A stretch of DNA of 28,140 bases from Macrostomum lignano (taxonomy: Eukaryota), in the NCBI GenBank assembly GCA_002269645.1, contig NIVC01005035.1:1-28140 (forward strand), read 5' to 3'. Each line of letters begins with the position of its first letter. Positions within the stretch are counted from its first letter, which is position 1. The notes below the pieces were generated by a model. The model worked only from the letters and a program-made list of their open reading frames with translations. It did not search any database and was not told the DNA's origin. This document shows, piece by piece, positions 1 through 22,230 of this stretch. The translations under genes were made by a program, and so were the position numbers.

Positions 1-1
1 C

Positions 2-253
2 CGACTATGCGCCGCCTACGCCGCTTTTATGGTCGAAGATCTTTGCATCGAACTGTGCACTGCTGTGCCTGGAGTGTCCGGAGCTCTGGCTGATTTGTGC
101 GACTCTGGGCCAGCAGCCTTGGTGATGAAGGCGCTCATGCTCAGACTGATGCAGCTGGTGGCAGCAGCAGTGTGTACACTGGATGTACGGCTCACTGGCG
201 GCTGGCAGCTTGGCTGCTGGCTTGTACCCATGCGGAAGCTTGTTGCTAAGTGA
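2..253 (+). CDS. Possible 3' end (terminal exon) of an unidentified gene running in from the left edge
   Basis: Frame open from base 2 to TGA at 251-253 (RLCAAYAAFMVEDLC...PMRKLVAK*). GC-rich, exon-like composition switches abruptly to AT-rich after the stop, as at the exon ends of the two recognised genes. No family motif recognised. Confidence 0.3.
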   Translation, partial: RLCAAYAAFMVEDLCIELCTAVPGVSGALADLCDSGPAALVMKALMLRLMQLVAAAVCTLDVRLTGGWQLGCWLVPMRKLVAK

Positions 254-376
254 ATTCAGTTTATAAGAATAAGCGTAAGATTATATTTGTCTCATTGTGC
301 CTTTCATTTTTCTTTCATTTCTGCTTGATTCCTTGAGTTTTTGTAGTCAGTTTTCTTTAGAAATATCAAACCTATA

Positions 377-1155
377 GTGTGTGTCAGGTCTGTTAAAATG
401 CCATTTGGTTTTGTGTCAGATCTGTCAGAATATCATCAGGTTTTGTGTCAGATCTGTCAGAATATCATCAGGTTTTTGTGTCAGATCTGTCAGAATATCA
501 TCAGGTTTGTGTCAGATCTGTCAGAATATCATCTGGTTTTGTGTCAGACCTGTCAGAATATCATCAGGTTTTGTGTCAGATCTGTCAGAATATCATCAGG
601 TTTTTGTCAGATCTGTCAGAATATCATCAGGTTTTGTGTCAGATCTGTCAGAATATCATCAGGTTTTGTGTCAGATCTGTGAGAATATCATCAGGTTTTG
701 TGTCAGATCTGTGAGAATATCATCAGGTTTTGTGTCAAATCTGTCAGAATATCATCAGGTTTTGTGTCAGATCTGTCAGAATATCATCAGGTTTTGTGTC
801 AGATCTGTGAGAATATCATCAGGTTTTGTGTCAGATCTGTCAGAATATCATCAGGTGTTGTGTCAGATCTGTCAGAATATCATCTGGTTTTGTGTCAGAT
901 CTGTCAGAATATCATCTGGTTTTGTGTCAGATCTGTCAGAATATCATCAGGTTTTGTGTCAGATCTGTCAGAATATCATCAGGTTTTGTGTCAAATCTGT
1001 CAGAATATCATCAGGTTTTGTGTCAGATCTGTCAGAATATCATCAGGTTTTGTGTCAGATCTGTCAGAATATCATCAGGTTTTGTGTCAGATCTGTCAGA
1101 ATATCATCAGGTTTTGTGTCAGATCTGTCAGAATATCGTCAGGTTTTGTGTCAGA
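377..1155. repeat. Minisatellite, 32-bp unit TTTTGTGTCAGATCTGTCAGAATATCATCAGG, ~23 near-perfect copies (409-1155) with degenerate copies at both edges
   Basis: Unit read directly; degenerate copies at 377-408 and ~1175-1250. Confidence 0.97.
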
Positions 1156-1738
1156 CAGGTTGAACTTAAAAGCCAGATGTGTCAGACTCACTAAGATAAA
1201 ATTAGTTTGTGTCAGGTGCTTTCAGATATCATCAGCTTTTGTGTCAATTGTTTCATGTGAACCAAATGACCTAAAAAATAATATTAAAAATAAATTTCCT
1301 ACAAGCTATTGACCAGCGCCTGACATGTAGTTCTGTTTAAAGCTTTCAGTATTATGACGGCTCGCTTAAGTCAAAATGTCCATGTTACTTTGAAATAGCA
1401 GGAACATTTTCTTTTATTCTATTTTTGTCAAGTTCGTTCGTCAAATCAAATTTTATAGACTTACTTAACATTGGGAGCTGCCATTTCAATATATCAATAA
1501 ATACACTTGTTAATATTCGAATAGGTCAGTAAGTACTCGTCTGTACATATATTTTATACATAGTCCAATAAAGGTTTCAATAATCTCAACTTAATTATTT
1601 GCTCTCAAATCTTGTATATTTGTAAATAGCATAGTTTGTAGTAAAGCATGCTTTTTGCTATTTTTATGTATAAAGTTTGGAATTTTTACTTAATATTCCT
1701 CTTAGTTATCGCATGCATAAATCATGCACTTATTTATG

Positions 1739-2765
1739 TATCTCCCTCTCAGCTATGTCCCTCTAAGCCATGTCCCTCTCAGCTATATCCCTCTCAGCTA
1801 TCTCCCTCTCAGCTATCTCCCTCTCAGCTATATCCCTCTCAGCTATCTCCCTCTCAGCCATGTCCCTCTCAGCTATATCCCTCTCAGCTATCTCCCTCTC
1901 AGCCATGTCCCTCTCAGCCATGTCCCTCTCAGCTATCTCCCTCTCAGCCATGTCCCTCTCAGCTATCTCCCTCTCAGCTATCTCCCTCTCAGCTATCTCC
2001 CTCTCAGCTATCTCCCTCTCAGCTATATCCCTCTCAGCTATCTCCCTCTCAGCCATGTCCCTCTCAGCTATCTCCCTCTCAGCTATCTCCCTCTCAGCCA
2101 TGTCCCTCTCAGCTATCTCCCTCTCAGCTATCTCCCTCTCAGCTATCTCCCTCTCAGCTATCTCCCTCTCAGCTATCTCCCTCTCAGCCATGTCCCTCTC
2201 AGCTATCTCCCTCTCAGCTATCTCCCTCTCAGCTATATCCCTCTCAGCTATCTCCCTCTCAGCCATGTCCCTCTCAGCTATCTCCCTCTCAGCTATCTCC
2301 CTCTCAGCTATCTCCCTCTCAGCTATCTCCCTCTCAGCTATCTCCCTCTCAGCCATGTCCCTCTCAGCTATCTCCCTCTCAGCTATCTCCCTCTCAGCTA
2401 TATCCCTCTCAGCTATCTCCCTCTCAGCCATGTCCCTCTCAGCTATCTCCCTCTCAGCTATCTCCCTCTCAGCTATCTCCCTCTCAGCTATCTCCCTCTC
2501 AGCTATCTCCCTCTCAGCTATCTCCCTCTCAGCTATATCCCTCTCAGCTATCTCCCTCTCAGCTATCTCCCTCTCAGCTATCTCCCTCTTAGCTATCTCC
2601 CTCTTAGCTATCTCCCTCTCAGCCATGTCCCTCTCAGCCATGTCCCTCTCTGCTATCTACCTCTCAGCCTGTCCCTCTCAGCTATCTCCCTCTCAGCCAT
2701 GTCCCTCTCAGCTATCTCCCTCTCTGCCATGTCCCTCTCAGCCATGTCCCTCTCAGCTATCTCTC
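1739..2765. repeat. Minisatellite, 15-bp unit CTATCTCCCTCTCAG with variants CCATGTCCCTCTCAG and CTATATCCCTCTCAG, ~68 copies
   Basis: Unit read directly; ends about 250 bp upstream of the ADSS ATG and decays into similar sequence to ~2810. Confidence 0.97.
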
Positions 2766-3015
2766 TTAGGTAAATCTCTCATCTATCTCCTCCTGTACCT
2801 ACCTATCCTCTGAGTCAGTAGGTGCTAAAATTTTAAATGCATGATTCCTTTGCAAAAAAAAATTAATTGCTGCCTGTGCAACACAGCATTGCATTTGTAA
2901 ATCAATTTATTGAAACAAACATGTAAATTTATTAATTGCATGGTGTGTCATCTTTCTTTTTTAGATTATTTGATCCAATCCTATTTGAAAAGAGGATATT
3001 ATAACAACAACAGCA

Positions 3016-3765
3016 ATGTCTGCAACAGCACAGCCGGCAGCAGCAGCAGCGGTCAATGGCTCAGTCTCCAGGGCCGGCAAAGCCCAGCTCACATTCGTCA
3101 TGGGCAGCCAGTGGGGTGACGAAGGCAAAGGCAAACTGGTTGATTGGCTGGCAGCCAAGGAGTCGGTGAAGATCGTCTGCCGCTGCCAGGGCGGCAACAA
3201 TGCGGGCCATACCGTCATAGTAGACGGAGTCACCTACGACTTCCACCTGCTGCCCTCCGGAGTGGTTCACCCAGGCGTACTGGGTGTCATCGGTCACGGC
3301 GTGGTCATTCACGTGCCCGACCTGTTCGGCGAGATCGGCAAAGCGGCCGCCAAAGGCTTGGGCGACATCGAACAGCGGCTGCTGATCAGCGACCGCGCCC
3401 ACCTGGTGTTCAACTTTCACCAGATTGTCGACGGCCTGCAGGAGGGCGGCGTCGCTGGCGGGGCCGGCAATCGCTTGGGCACCACCAGGAAGGGCATTGG
3501 GCCAACCTACAGCAGCAAGATGCAGCGGAATGGGATTCGAGTCTGTGACCTTATGGGCGATTGGGCGGCGTTCGAGGTCAAGTATAAAACCCTGCTCAAG
3601 TACACGGCAGATCGGTACGCTGAGCGCCTGCGAGATGCTCACGCTGCCGATGCTGAGCTGAGCACCCTGAAACAGCTCAGGGAGCGGCTTAGACCGATGG
3701 TCAAGGATACTGTGCTGTACCTTAATAAGCAGATGATGAATCCCAACTGTCACATTCTTGTTGAG
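3016..3765 (+). CDS. ADSS: ADSS exon 1 (250 codons, MSATAQ...HILVE)
   Basis: ATG at 3016; donor GAG|GTGAGC at 3765/3766. Confidence 0.95.
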
Positions 3766-5326
3766 GTGAGCGAGAATTCCTGAAGCCATAATTGATGAAA
3801 ATTGACCCAATTACAAATACTGGCATTCTCCTGATTCCTAAAATAGGGTACTGTATCAAATCACAAATCAAAGGTGATTTCCTTGACCTTAATTCAACTC
3901 TCATAGCATTCCCCATTCTAAAAATAGAGTTTACACCCTAAAGAGTAGAGGATTCTCCGATCTAATAATATGGGGATTCCCTGTTCCAAAAATAGCTGGT
4001 CTAATGGATTCTCCTATCTAAGAATAGGGATTCCCCCTCTCCAAGAATAGGGAATTCCTAATTCCAAAAATACTCTCAGCATTCTAAATCATCGGGAATC
4101 CCATCAAATCACGGAATCCAATAATTATATAGATAAGGTCGGGCCTTGACTCCACAATTTGCAGGGCGCCCAGAGCTCCATGCTGGACATCGATGTTGGC
4201 ACCTATCCGTACGTGACCAGCTCGAACTGCAGTGTTGGCGGCCTCTGCACCGGGCTGGGCGTCCCGCCTCACCTGGTCACCAGCGTCTACGGCGTGGTGA
4301 AGGCCTACACGACCAGGGTGGGGGCTGGCGGATTTCCCACCGAGCTCACGGATGACATCTGCGAGCAGCTGCAGGTGAGGAAGTGGATTAGCTAACACAT
4401 TTATAGGGGATTATCTATCAAATATAAAAGGGTTTATCTAACAGATTAAGGTTTAAAATATAAAAGATTTAAAGCGGATTATCTAAGAAATTTTAGTTTA
4501 AAATCTAACAAAGTTAAAGTGGACTATCTAATAGATTTAATAGGGATTATCTGACAGGTTTTAAAGTGGATTATCTAAAAGCTTTAAGTTAAAAATCACT
4601 GATTTAAAGTGGATTATCTAAAGAGTTAAGTTTAAAATTACAGATTTAAAGCGGATTATCTAAAGAGTTAAGTTTAAAATCACTGATTTAAAGTGGATTA
4701 TCTAAAGAGTTAAGTTTAAAATCACTGATTTAAAGTGGATTATCTAAAGAGTTAAGTTTAAAATCACTGATTTAAAGTGAATTATCTAACAGATTTAAAG
4801 CGGATTATCTAACAGATTTAAAGCGGATTATCCAGAGTTTGAGAAATCATGCTCACTGTGCATCGACTGACTAATCAGATTGCTATGCTACAAATTCTGT
4901 CTGCACCTCTGACCATCCCAGGGCATCGGCCGCGAGTTCGGGGTGACCACCGGTCGCAAGCGCCGCTGCGGTTGGCTTGACGCGCCCATTGTGAAGTACT
5001 CGCACATGGTCAACGGATTCAAGGGCTTGGCCCTCACCAAGCTGGACGTGTTGGACACATTCGACCAGGTGAAGATCGGCGTAGCTTATAAACTCGACGG
5101 CAAACCAATTGAAGGCGTGCCAGCCCTGGCCGAGGACTTAGCCAGAGTTGAAGTTGAGTTCGTCACCCTGCCAGGCTGGAAATGCTCCATTGAGCACTGC
5201 AGGCAGTTCAGTGACCTGCCGCCCGCTGCCAGGGCCTACGTTGAAGCTGTGGAGCTGCACACTGGGGTGCCCGTGCTCTGGATTGGCGTGGGCCCGAGTC
5301 GGGACTGCATTGTGGTGCGGGCCTGA
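3016..5326 (+). CDS. ADSS: Adenylosuccinate synthetase, gene model join(3016..3765,4165..4374,4922..5326), 454 aa
   Basis: Motifs [11 protein letters not shown] (P-loop), [45 protein letters not shown]. Two GT-AG phase-0 introns give 250+70+134 codons plus stop with no frameshift. Confidence 0.97.
3821..4085. repeat. Degenerate ~22-23-bp repeat (AAAATAGGGATTCCCC-like) in ADSS intron 1
   Basis: Recurrent AAAATAG / GGGATTCCC / GATTCTCC motifs with irregular spacing. Confidence 0.55.
4165..4374 (+). CDS. ADSS: ADSS exon 2 (70 codons, [10 protein letters not shown]...CEQLQ)
   Basis: Acceptor TTTGCAG|GGC at 4164/4165; donor CAG|GTGAGG at 4374/4375. Confidence 0.95.
4430..4833. repeat. Minisatellite in ADSS intron 2: 42-bp unit GATTTAAAGTGGATTATCTAAAGAGTTAAGTTTAAAATCACT collapsing to a 23-bp subunit
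   Basis: Unit starts at 4601, 4643, 4685, 4727, 4769 (42 bp apart), then 4792, 4815 (23 bp apart); degenerate copies from ~4430. Confidence 0.9.
4922..5326 (+). CDS. ADSS: ADSS exon 3 ([14 protein letters not shown]...CIVVRA*)
   Basis: Acceptor CATCCCAG|GGC at 4921/4922; TGA at 5324-5326. Confidence 0.95.
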   Translation, partial: GIGREFGVTTGRKRRCGWLDAPIVKYSHMVNGFKGLALTKLDVLDTFDQVKIGVAYKLDGKPIEGVPALAEDLARVEVEFVTLPGWKCSIEHCRQFSDLPPAARAYVEAVELHTGVPVLWIGVGPSRDCIVVRA

Positions 5327-5390
5327 CCTGCCTGCCTGCACTGCGGCTCAGGCCTGCCTGCTTGCGCTGCTGGATTCACAGCTGACCTGC

Positions 5391-6051
5391 TCACCTCTCC
5401 CTCTCTCCTCCCTCCTCCCTCTGCTCTCCCTCTCTCCCATCTCCTCTCTCCTCTCACCTCTCCTCTCCTCTCACCTATCCTCTCACCTCTCCTCTCCTCA
5501 CCTCTCACCTATCTCCTCTCTCCTCTCTCCTCTCACTCTCCTCTCTCCTTCTCTCCTCTCTCGTCTCCCTCTCTCCTCTCCCTCTCTCCTCTCATTCTCC
5601 TCTCTCCTCTCACTCTCCTCTCCCTCTCTCCTCTCACTCTCTCCTCTCCTCTCTCCTCTCACTCTCCTCTCTCTCTCTCCTCTCACTCTCTCCTCTCCTC
5701 TCCCTCTCTCCTCTCACTCTCTTCTCTCTCTCCTCTCCCTCTCTCCTCTCTCTCTCTCCTCTCACTCTCCTCTCCTCTCTCCTCTCCCTCTCTCCTCTCA
5801 CTCTCCTCTCTCACTCTCCTCTCCCTCTCTCCTCTCACTCTCTCCTCTCCTCTCTCCTCTCCCTCTCTCCTCTCACTCTCCTCTCTCTCTCTCCTCTCAC
5901 TCTCTCCTCTCTCCTCTCCCTCTCTCCTCTCACTCTCTTCTCTCCTCTCCTCTCTCTTCTCTCTTTCCCTCCCTCTCTTCTCTCTTCTCCCTCTCTTTTA
6001 CCTCTCACTCTCCTCTCTCCCTCCTGCCCGTTTCCTTCCCCTCCCCTCTCT
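5391..6051. repeat. ~660-bp CT-rich polypyrimidine low-complexity tract
   Basis: Almost only C/T with scattered A; starts about 65 nt after the ADSS stop. Confidence 0.97.
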
Positions 6052-6552
6052 CCGTTCGCCTTGAGAAATTTTCCTGTGTCACCTGGCTCAGACAATGGTA
6101 CTCACTGCAAATTGCATCATGAAAAGTCCTGCAGAATCGTTTTATTATTAACTAGCCAATAGCCAGTAAAGGGCGTAGACGTTTTTCCATTAACAAATCA
6201 TAAGACTTGAGTTAATCAGTGTATTGACAATTTCTGTGTTTCATCTACTCAAAACAAACAATCGAATTGGTGTCAAATTAGCTGCCAAAAAGAGATTTAT
6301 CAAGGCACTTTAACAACTTCATGCGTTCAATAATTTCAGCAGTTTCTAGAATGCTACTATCAGTAGTGTAGAACAAATCGTTTTGTTTCTTTCTATGAAT
6401 TTAGCTATTTTCTTATCCAAAAAGTGTGCAATGGTTCCCCTGTGTTTCTAAGCACTCTCTGAAGTCTTGTCTGCAGACTTAGAGGTTTCAAAAAGTGCCA
6501 CTTTGATTACGGGTCTGAACCCAGACCAAATCACCCAGCAAATTCTCACCAC

Positions 6553-7248
6553 TTGTGTCAGTAGTCTACCACATTCTCACCCCCTGTAGTTTACCAAATT
6601 CCCACCCCTGTGTCAGTAGTCTACCACATTCTCGCCCCCTGTGTCAGCAGTCTACCAAATTCTTACCCCCTGTGTCAGTAGTCTACCACATTCTCACCCC
6701 CTGTGTCAGCAGTCTACCAAATTCTCACCCCCTGTGTCAGTAGTCTACCACATTCTCGCCCCCTGTGTCAGTAGTCTACCACATTCTCGCCCCCCTGTGT
6801 CAGTAGTCTACCAAATTCTCACTCCCTGTGTCAGTAATCTACCACATTCTCGCCCCCTGTGTCAGCAGTCTACCAAATTCTCACCCCCTGTGTCAGTAGT
6901 CTACCAAATTCTCACTCCCTGTGTCAGTAATCTACCACATTCTCGCCCCCTGTGTCAGCAGTCTACCAAATTCTCACCCCCTGTGTCAGTAGTCTACCAA
7001 ATTCTCACTCCCTGTGTCAGTAATCTACCACATTCTCGCCCCCTGTGTCAGCAGTCTACCAAATTCTCACCCCCTGTGTCAGTAGTCTACCAAATTCTCG
7101 CCCCCTGTGTCAGTAGTCTACCACATTCTCGCCCCCTGTGTCAGCAGTCCACCAAATTCCCATCCCTTGTGTCAGCAGTCTACCAAATTCTCACCCCCTG
7201 TGTCAGTAGTCCACCAAATTCTCACCCCCTGTGTCAGTAGTCTACCAA
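6553..7248. repeat. Minisatellite, 31-bp unit TGTGTCAGTAGTCTACCAAATTCTCACCCCC, ~22 copies
   Basis: TGTGTCAG starts at 6671, 6702, 6733, 6764 and so on. Confidence 0.96.
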
Positions 7249-7767
7249 AACCCTACCCTGATACTAACATAATAAAAGTGTAGAAATGACATTATTCTCA
7301 CCATATTGCGTTCACCTGCTACACCGAAATCTCAATCCTTTAATTTTTTAATATTTTTGTTAGGGTCAGTAGTTTTAGTATTTTTTAATAAAAATTTTAG
7401 TTATTGCGTTTGTTTTAATGATCTAAAAATTATCCTTAGTTATTCTATTGCGAGATTGTTAAGTACAGGTATTAGTTTATTCAACACCTGTCCCAAGCAA
7501 GTTTTCCACAATGTTGACCGGAATATTCCCTTGATGAGGCTTTAAGTTGCGTTTACTTTTGTAAGATCTTATAAATTATCTGCTTGTAGGAGTGCTGAGT
7601 TTTCAATTAATATTTTGTAGCAGCTTTCATCGCAACTGTTTCTAGCAAACCCTGTATTTTTGGAACATTTTTATAGTGCATCTTTGTCACTCAGTTTAGA
7701 AGAAATTTGAGAAACAATTTTATAACTTTTTTCCCGGGTCCTTGTTTAACATAAGGCATCATGCTTA

Positions 7768-7788
7768 TTTAGGGGAATTTCCCCTAAA
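7768..7788. other. 21-bp palindrome TTTAGGGGAA-T-TTCCCCTAAA at the start of the 23-bp array
   Basis: Perfect 10-bp arms with a 1-nt spacer. Confidence 0.85.
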
Positions 7789-8938
7789 ACTCCGAAAGAA
7801 TCGCCCCTGCAACTCTTAGAGAATCGCCCCAACAATTCATAGAGAATCGCCTCTACAACCCTTAAAGAAACGCCTCTACAACTTTTACAGAATCGCCCCT
7901 ACAACTCAGAGAATCGCCCCAACAACTCTTAAAGAATCGCCCGTACAACTCATAGAGAATCGCCCGTACAACTCATAGAGAATCGCCCCTACAACTCATA
8001 GAGAATCGCCTCTACAACTCATAGAGAATCGCCCCTACAACTCATAGAGAATCGCCTCTACAACTCATAGAGAATCGCCTCTACAACCCTTAAAGAATCA
8101 CCTCTACAACCCTTAAAGAATCACCTCTACAACTCATAGAGAATCGCCTCTACAACTCATAGAGAATCGCCCCTACAACTCATAGAGAATCGCCTCTACA
8201 ACCCTTAAAGAATCACCTCTACAACTCATAGAGAATCGCCCCTACAACTCATAGAGAATCGCCCCTACAACTCATAGAGAATCGCCTCTACAACCCTTAA
8301 AGAATCACCTCTACAACTCATAGAGAATCGCCTCTACAACTCATAGAGAATCGCCCCTACAACTCATAGAGAATCGCCTCTACAACCCTTAAAGAATCAC
8401 CTCTACAACTCATAGAGAATCGCCTCTACAACTCATAGAGAATCGCCTCTACAACTCATAGAGAATCGCCCCTACAACTCATAGAGAATCGCCTCTACAA
8501 CCCTTAAAGAATCACCTCTACAACTCATAGAGAATCGCCTCTACAACTCATAGAGAATCGCCTCTACAACTCATAGAGAATCGCCCCTACAACTCATAGA
8601 GAATCGCCTCTACAACCCTTAAAGAATCACCTCTACAACTCATAAAGAATCACCTCTACAACTCATAGAGAATCGCCTCTACAACTCATAGAGAATCGCC
8701 CCTACAACTCATAGAGAATCGCCTCTACAACCCTTAAAGAATCACCTCTACAACTCATAGAGAATCGCCTCTACAACTCATAGAGAATCGCCTCTACAAC
8801 TCATAGAGAATCGCCCCTACAACTCATAGAGAATCGCCTCTACAACCCTTAAAGAATCACCTCTACAACTCATAGAAAATCGCCCCTACAACTCATAGAG
8901 AATCGCCCCTACAACTCTTAAAGAATCGCCATTACAAC
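7781..8938. repeat. Minisatellite, 23-bp unit CTCATAGAGAATCGCCTCTACAA, ~50 copies, with higher-order periodicity
   Basis: Units read directly; the variant CCCTTAAAGAATCACC recurs at 92-bp and then 115-bp intervals. Confidence 0.97.
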
Positions 8939-9583
8939 TTTTTAAGTGTGACTAAAAGGTCTAATGTACTTACTTCACCTATACCCTTTCACATTTTTTC
9001 AATGTTGGATCCGTTAAATGGTTCAATCTGATTACTGACCTTTGTGTTTTGTTTTAAACCTTTCCGGAGACTTCGAAATACACAGTAAGTTTTTTTAACA
9101 GCTTTCCCTATATTTTCAGGAATCCAGCTTTAAAAATTCGATGCTTGCAAGCGCAATAACCGGATACTTTATCATTTTAGTGAAAAAAGATTGTAGGATT
9201 GGCACACACAGGTTTTGAGTTAGGTGCTTATTGCAGTTTAACAAAAATTAAGATAAATTATTACGCTACTAGTAGTATTGATCGTACTATCAGTAGATAG
9301 TAAAGATTTTTATAACCATATAATAATAAAAATTAAATTTTATAAAATTGAGAATTTTCATCTTTATCATGCGAGTAAATTTTGGAATTTATTACTTACT
9401 AACTTTAAAGTTGTTTTCTACTTAAATGGTGCTACTGTTGTTCAAGGTTGTGTTGTTCAACAGAATGAAAAGTTCAATGGTAGGAACGATTATTCCCGAA
9501 TAGATTAATGAACTCATCAATGCTAATTTTAGCATAGAATAATTTGAGCACAGTAAAGCAATATAACAGCTAATGGATTCCAA

Positions 9584-9808
9584 ATCAGTCACTGCCAGCT
9601 GGCACCCTTGAGTACGCGTGCACTTATATCAGTCAGTGCCAGCTGGCACTCTTGAGTACGCGTGCACTTATATCAGTCAGTTCCAGCTGGCACTCTTGAG
9701 TACGCGTGCACTTATATCAGTCACTGCCAGCTGACACTCTTGAGTATGCGTGCACTTATATCAGTCACTGCCAGCTGGCACCCTTGAGTACGCGTGCACT
9801 TATATCAG

Positions 9809-9822
<14 letters not shown>
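9584..9822. repeat. 44-bp tandem repeat (~5.4 copies) overlapping the glucosidase stop codon and proximal 3' UTR
   Basis: ATCAGTC starts at 9584, 9628, 9672, 9716, 9760, 9804. Confidence 0.95.
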
Positions 9823-20675
<10,853 letters not shown>

Positions 20676-21232
20676 GTCTGTGCGAGAGATACGGCTGGAA
20701 ACCAAAGAGTGGCTTTGCGTCCCGCTGCGCGCGTTTTATGCGACCAAAACTGCACACGTGGGCTGGGTAAGACCTTGTCGGTTTAAAGCGAGTTTACTAT
20801 TGGCTGAGATTTTAGGCTCCGCAAATAGACTGCAGTAATCTTTGAATTCTGTCGCAGTTTTGTTGATTTTGAAGCATTACAAGGATATGGACGATTTTTC
20901 GCTGAAAAAAAGAAATGCAACAGGCCAACTGTGAATAGAATTTAATGTTGTCGTCTTATGATGGTTTTTGTAATGGACGTTTAAGCGATTGACGTTTTGT
21001 TTTTACGTTCTAAGCCATGTAATCAAAAATTCTCCTCCAGTATTCACACGTGCGCCCACACAGAGTGTACAGCCGCACTGACTTTCTAATTGTCAGACAT
21101 GTACACTCTCTGTGCATTGGGGGTTGGCCCTCATGAATTGAAGTCCAAGGAGCTGATACATGCGTTCTTCTGGGTGTTATGTAGACAGGTGTTATTGCTT
21201 CCGGAGCAAAGTGTGTCGACAGGAGTATAAAA

Positions 21233-21460
21233 TCAAATTAGGCACTCAGATTGAGAAACTGCATTCTGTGCTGATCTGTGTGTTTATCAATTAGGCACTC
21301 AGATTGGGAAACTCCATTCTGTGCTGATCTGTGTGTTTATCAATTAGGCACTCAGATTGGGAAACTCCATTCTGTGCTAATCTGTGTGTTTGTCAAATTA
21401 GGCACTCAGATTGGGAAACTCCATTCTGTGCTAATCTGTGTGTTTATCAATTAGGCACTC
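21233..21460. repeat. 53-bp tandem repeat, ~4.3 copies, about 560 bp upstream of the GH31 ATG
   Basis: GGCACTC starts at 21241, 21294, 21347, 21401, 21454. Confidence 0.93.
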
Positions 21461-22080
21461 CTTGTCCTTGTCCAGATATTCCTTGTCCATGTACGCGTAC
21501 TCATTTCTCTTACCTCTTCACTCCTCCATTTACAGGATTTGCGGAATGCTGTCCGAATCGGATTCAAAATGTAGCTAAAGGTGTAGCTCGAAGATTTTCG
21601 AGTCCTTCTCGGCCCGGAAGTCGAGCAAACTCGATAGACGCTTCAAGGGTCCGGCAGAATATGAATATAATTCCAGAAGCATAAAAAAGGCATGGCTAAA
21701 GCTACTGTAAATGGTTTTGTAGGGTGCGCTCGTCAATACATGGCTTGTGACGTTTCCAGAGTTGACAGAAAATGCTGCACGAACTTCTCGTGTCAGTACG
21801 ACTGATAGTACGAGCGTACGACAGTAATGTTGATTATTAATACTACCCTATATCTCCATCAAAACTAAACAATTTTATTCCTTGTAATCAAAATAATAAA
21901 TAAACAAATACAGAACCGACCAGTCTAATGTTGTTAAAATAAAGTCAAAATTGACCAAAGTTTATTTCTCTTAATAAGCTATGCAAGCTTTGTACTGGAT
22001 GCCAGTAGACGAACTGGCTAAAATGACTTCATTGCTTGTAAATAAATAAATCTTGCATTTTGAATCCAAATAACTAATAA

Positions 22081-22146
22081 GCCAGTTTGAGCACTGATGA
22101 GGCGCCAGTTTGAGCATTGATGAGGCGCCAGTTTGAGCATTGATGT
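22081..22146. repeat. 23-bp unit GCCAGTTTGAGCATTGATGAGGC, ~3 copies
   Basis: Read directly. Confidence 0.85.
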
Positions 22147-22230
22147 GAGCTATCCGCAGTTACGGACTCGCGAGGGTGGGACGAGGACTCGTCATTAAAA
22201 CTGCATTACTTGAGCGGCAAGGTCTTTAAT

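Noticed and set aside
377-1312. Several Cys-rich ORFs (CQICQNIIRF...) resembling zinc fingers
   Set aside because: They are translations of the 32-bp repeat; the same peptide cycles through all three frames.
1648-2813. Long ORFs (SQLSP, YLPLS, AISLS, AEREI repeats) up to 349 aa
   Set aside because: A stop-free 15-bp unit opens several frames at once; no unique coding flanks or splice context.
3061-3810. 249-aa minus-strand ORF and other long ORFs opposite or overlapping ADSS and GH31 exons
   Set aside because: Shadow ORFs of GC-rich coding exons; no motifs.
5148-6122. Ser/Leu/Pro-rich and Arg/Glu-rich ORFs
   Set aside because: Translations of the CT tract.
6512-6527. GGTCTG-AACC-CAGACC hairpin before the 31-bp array as a Helitron end
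   Set aside because: Only a 6-bp stem and no CTRR terminus at the expected distance.
409-8938. Regular ~23-32-bp repeats as possible CRISPR arrays
   Set aside because: Units are head-to-tail with no unique spacers, no cas genes, and the context is eukaryotic.
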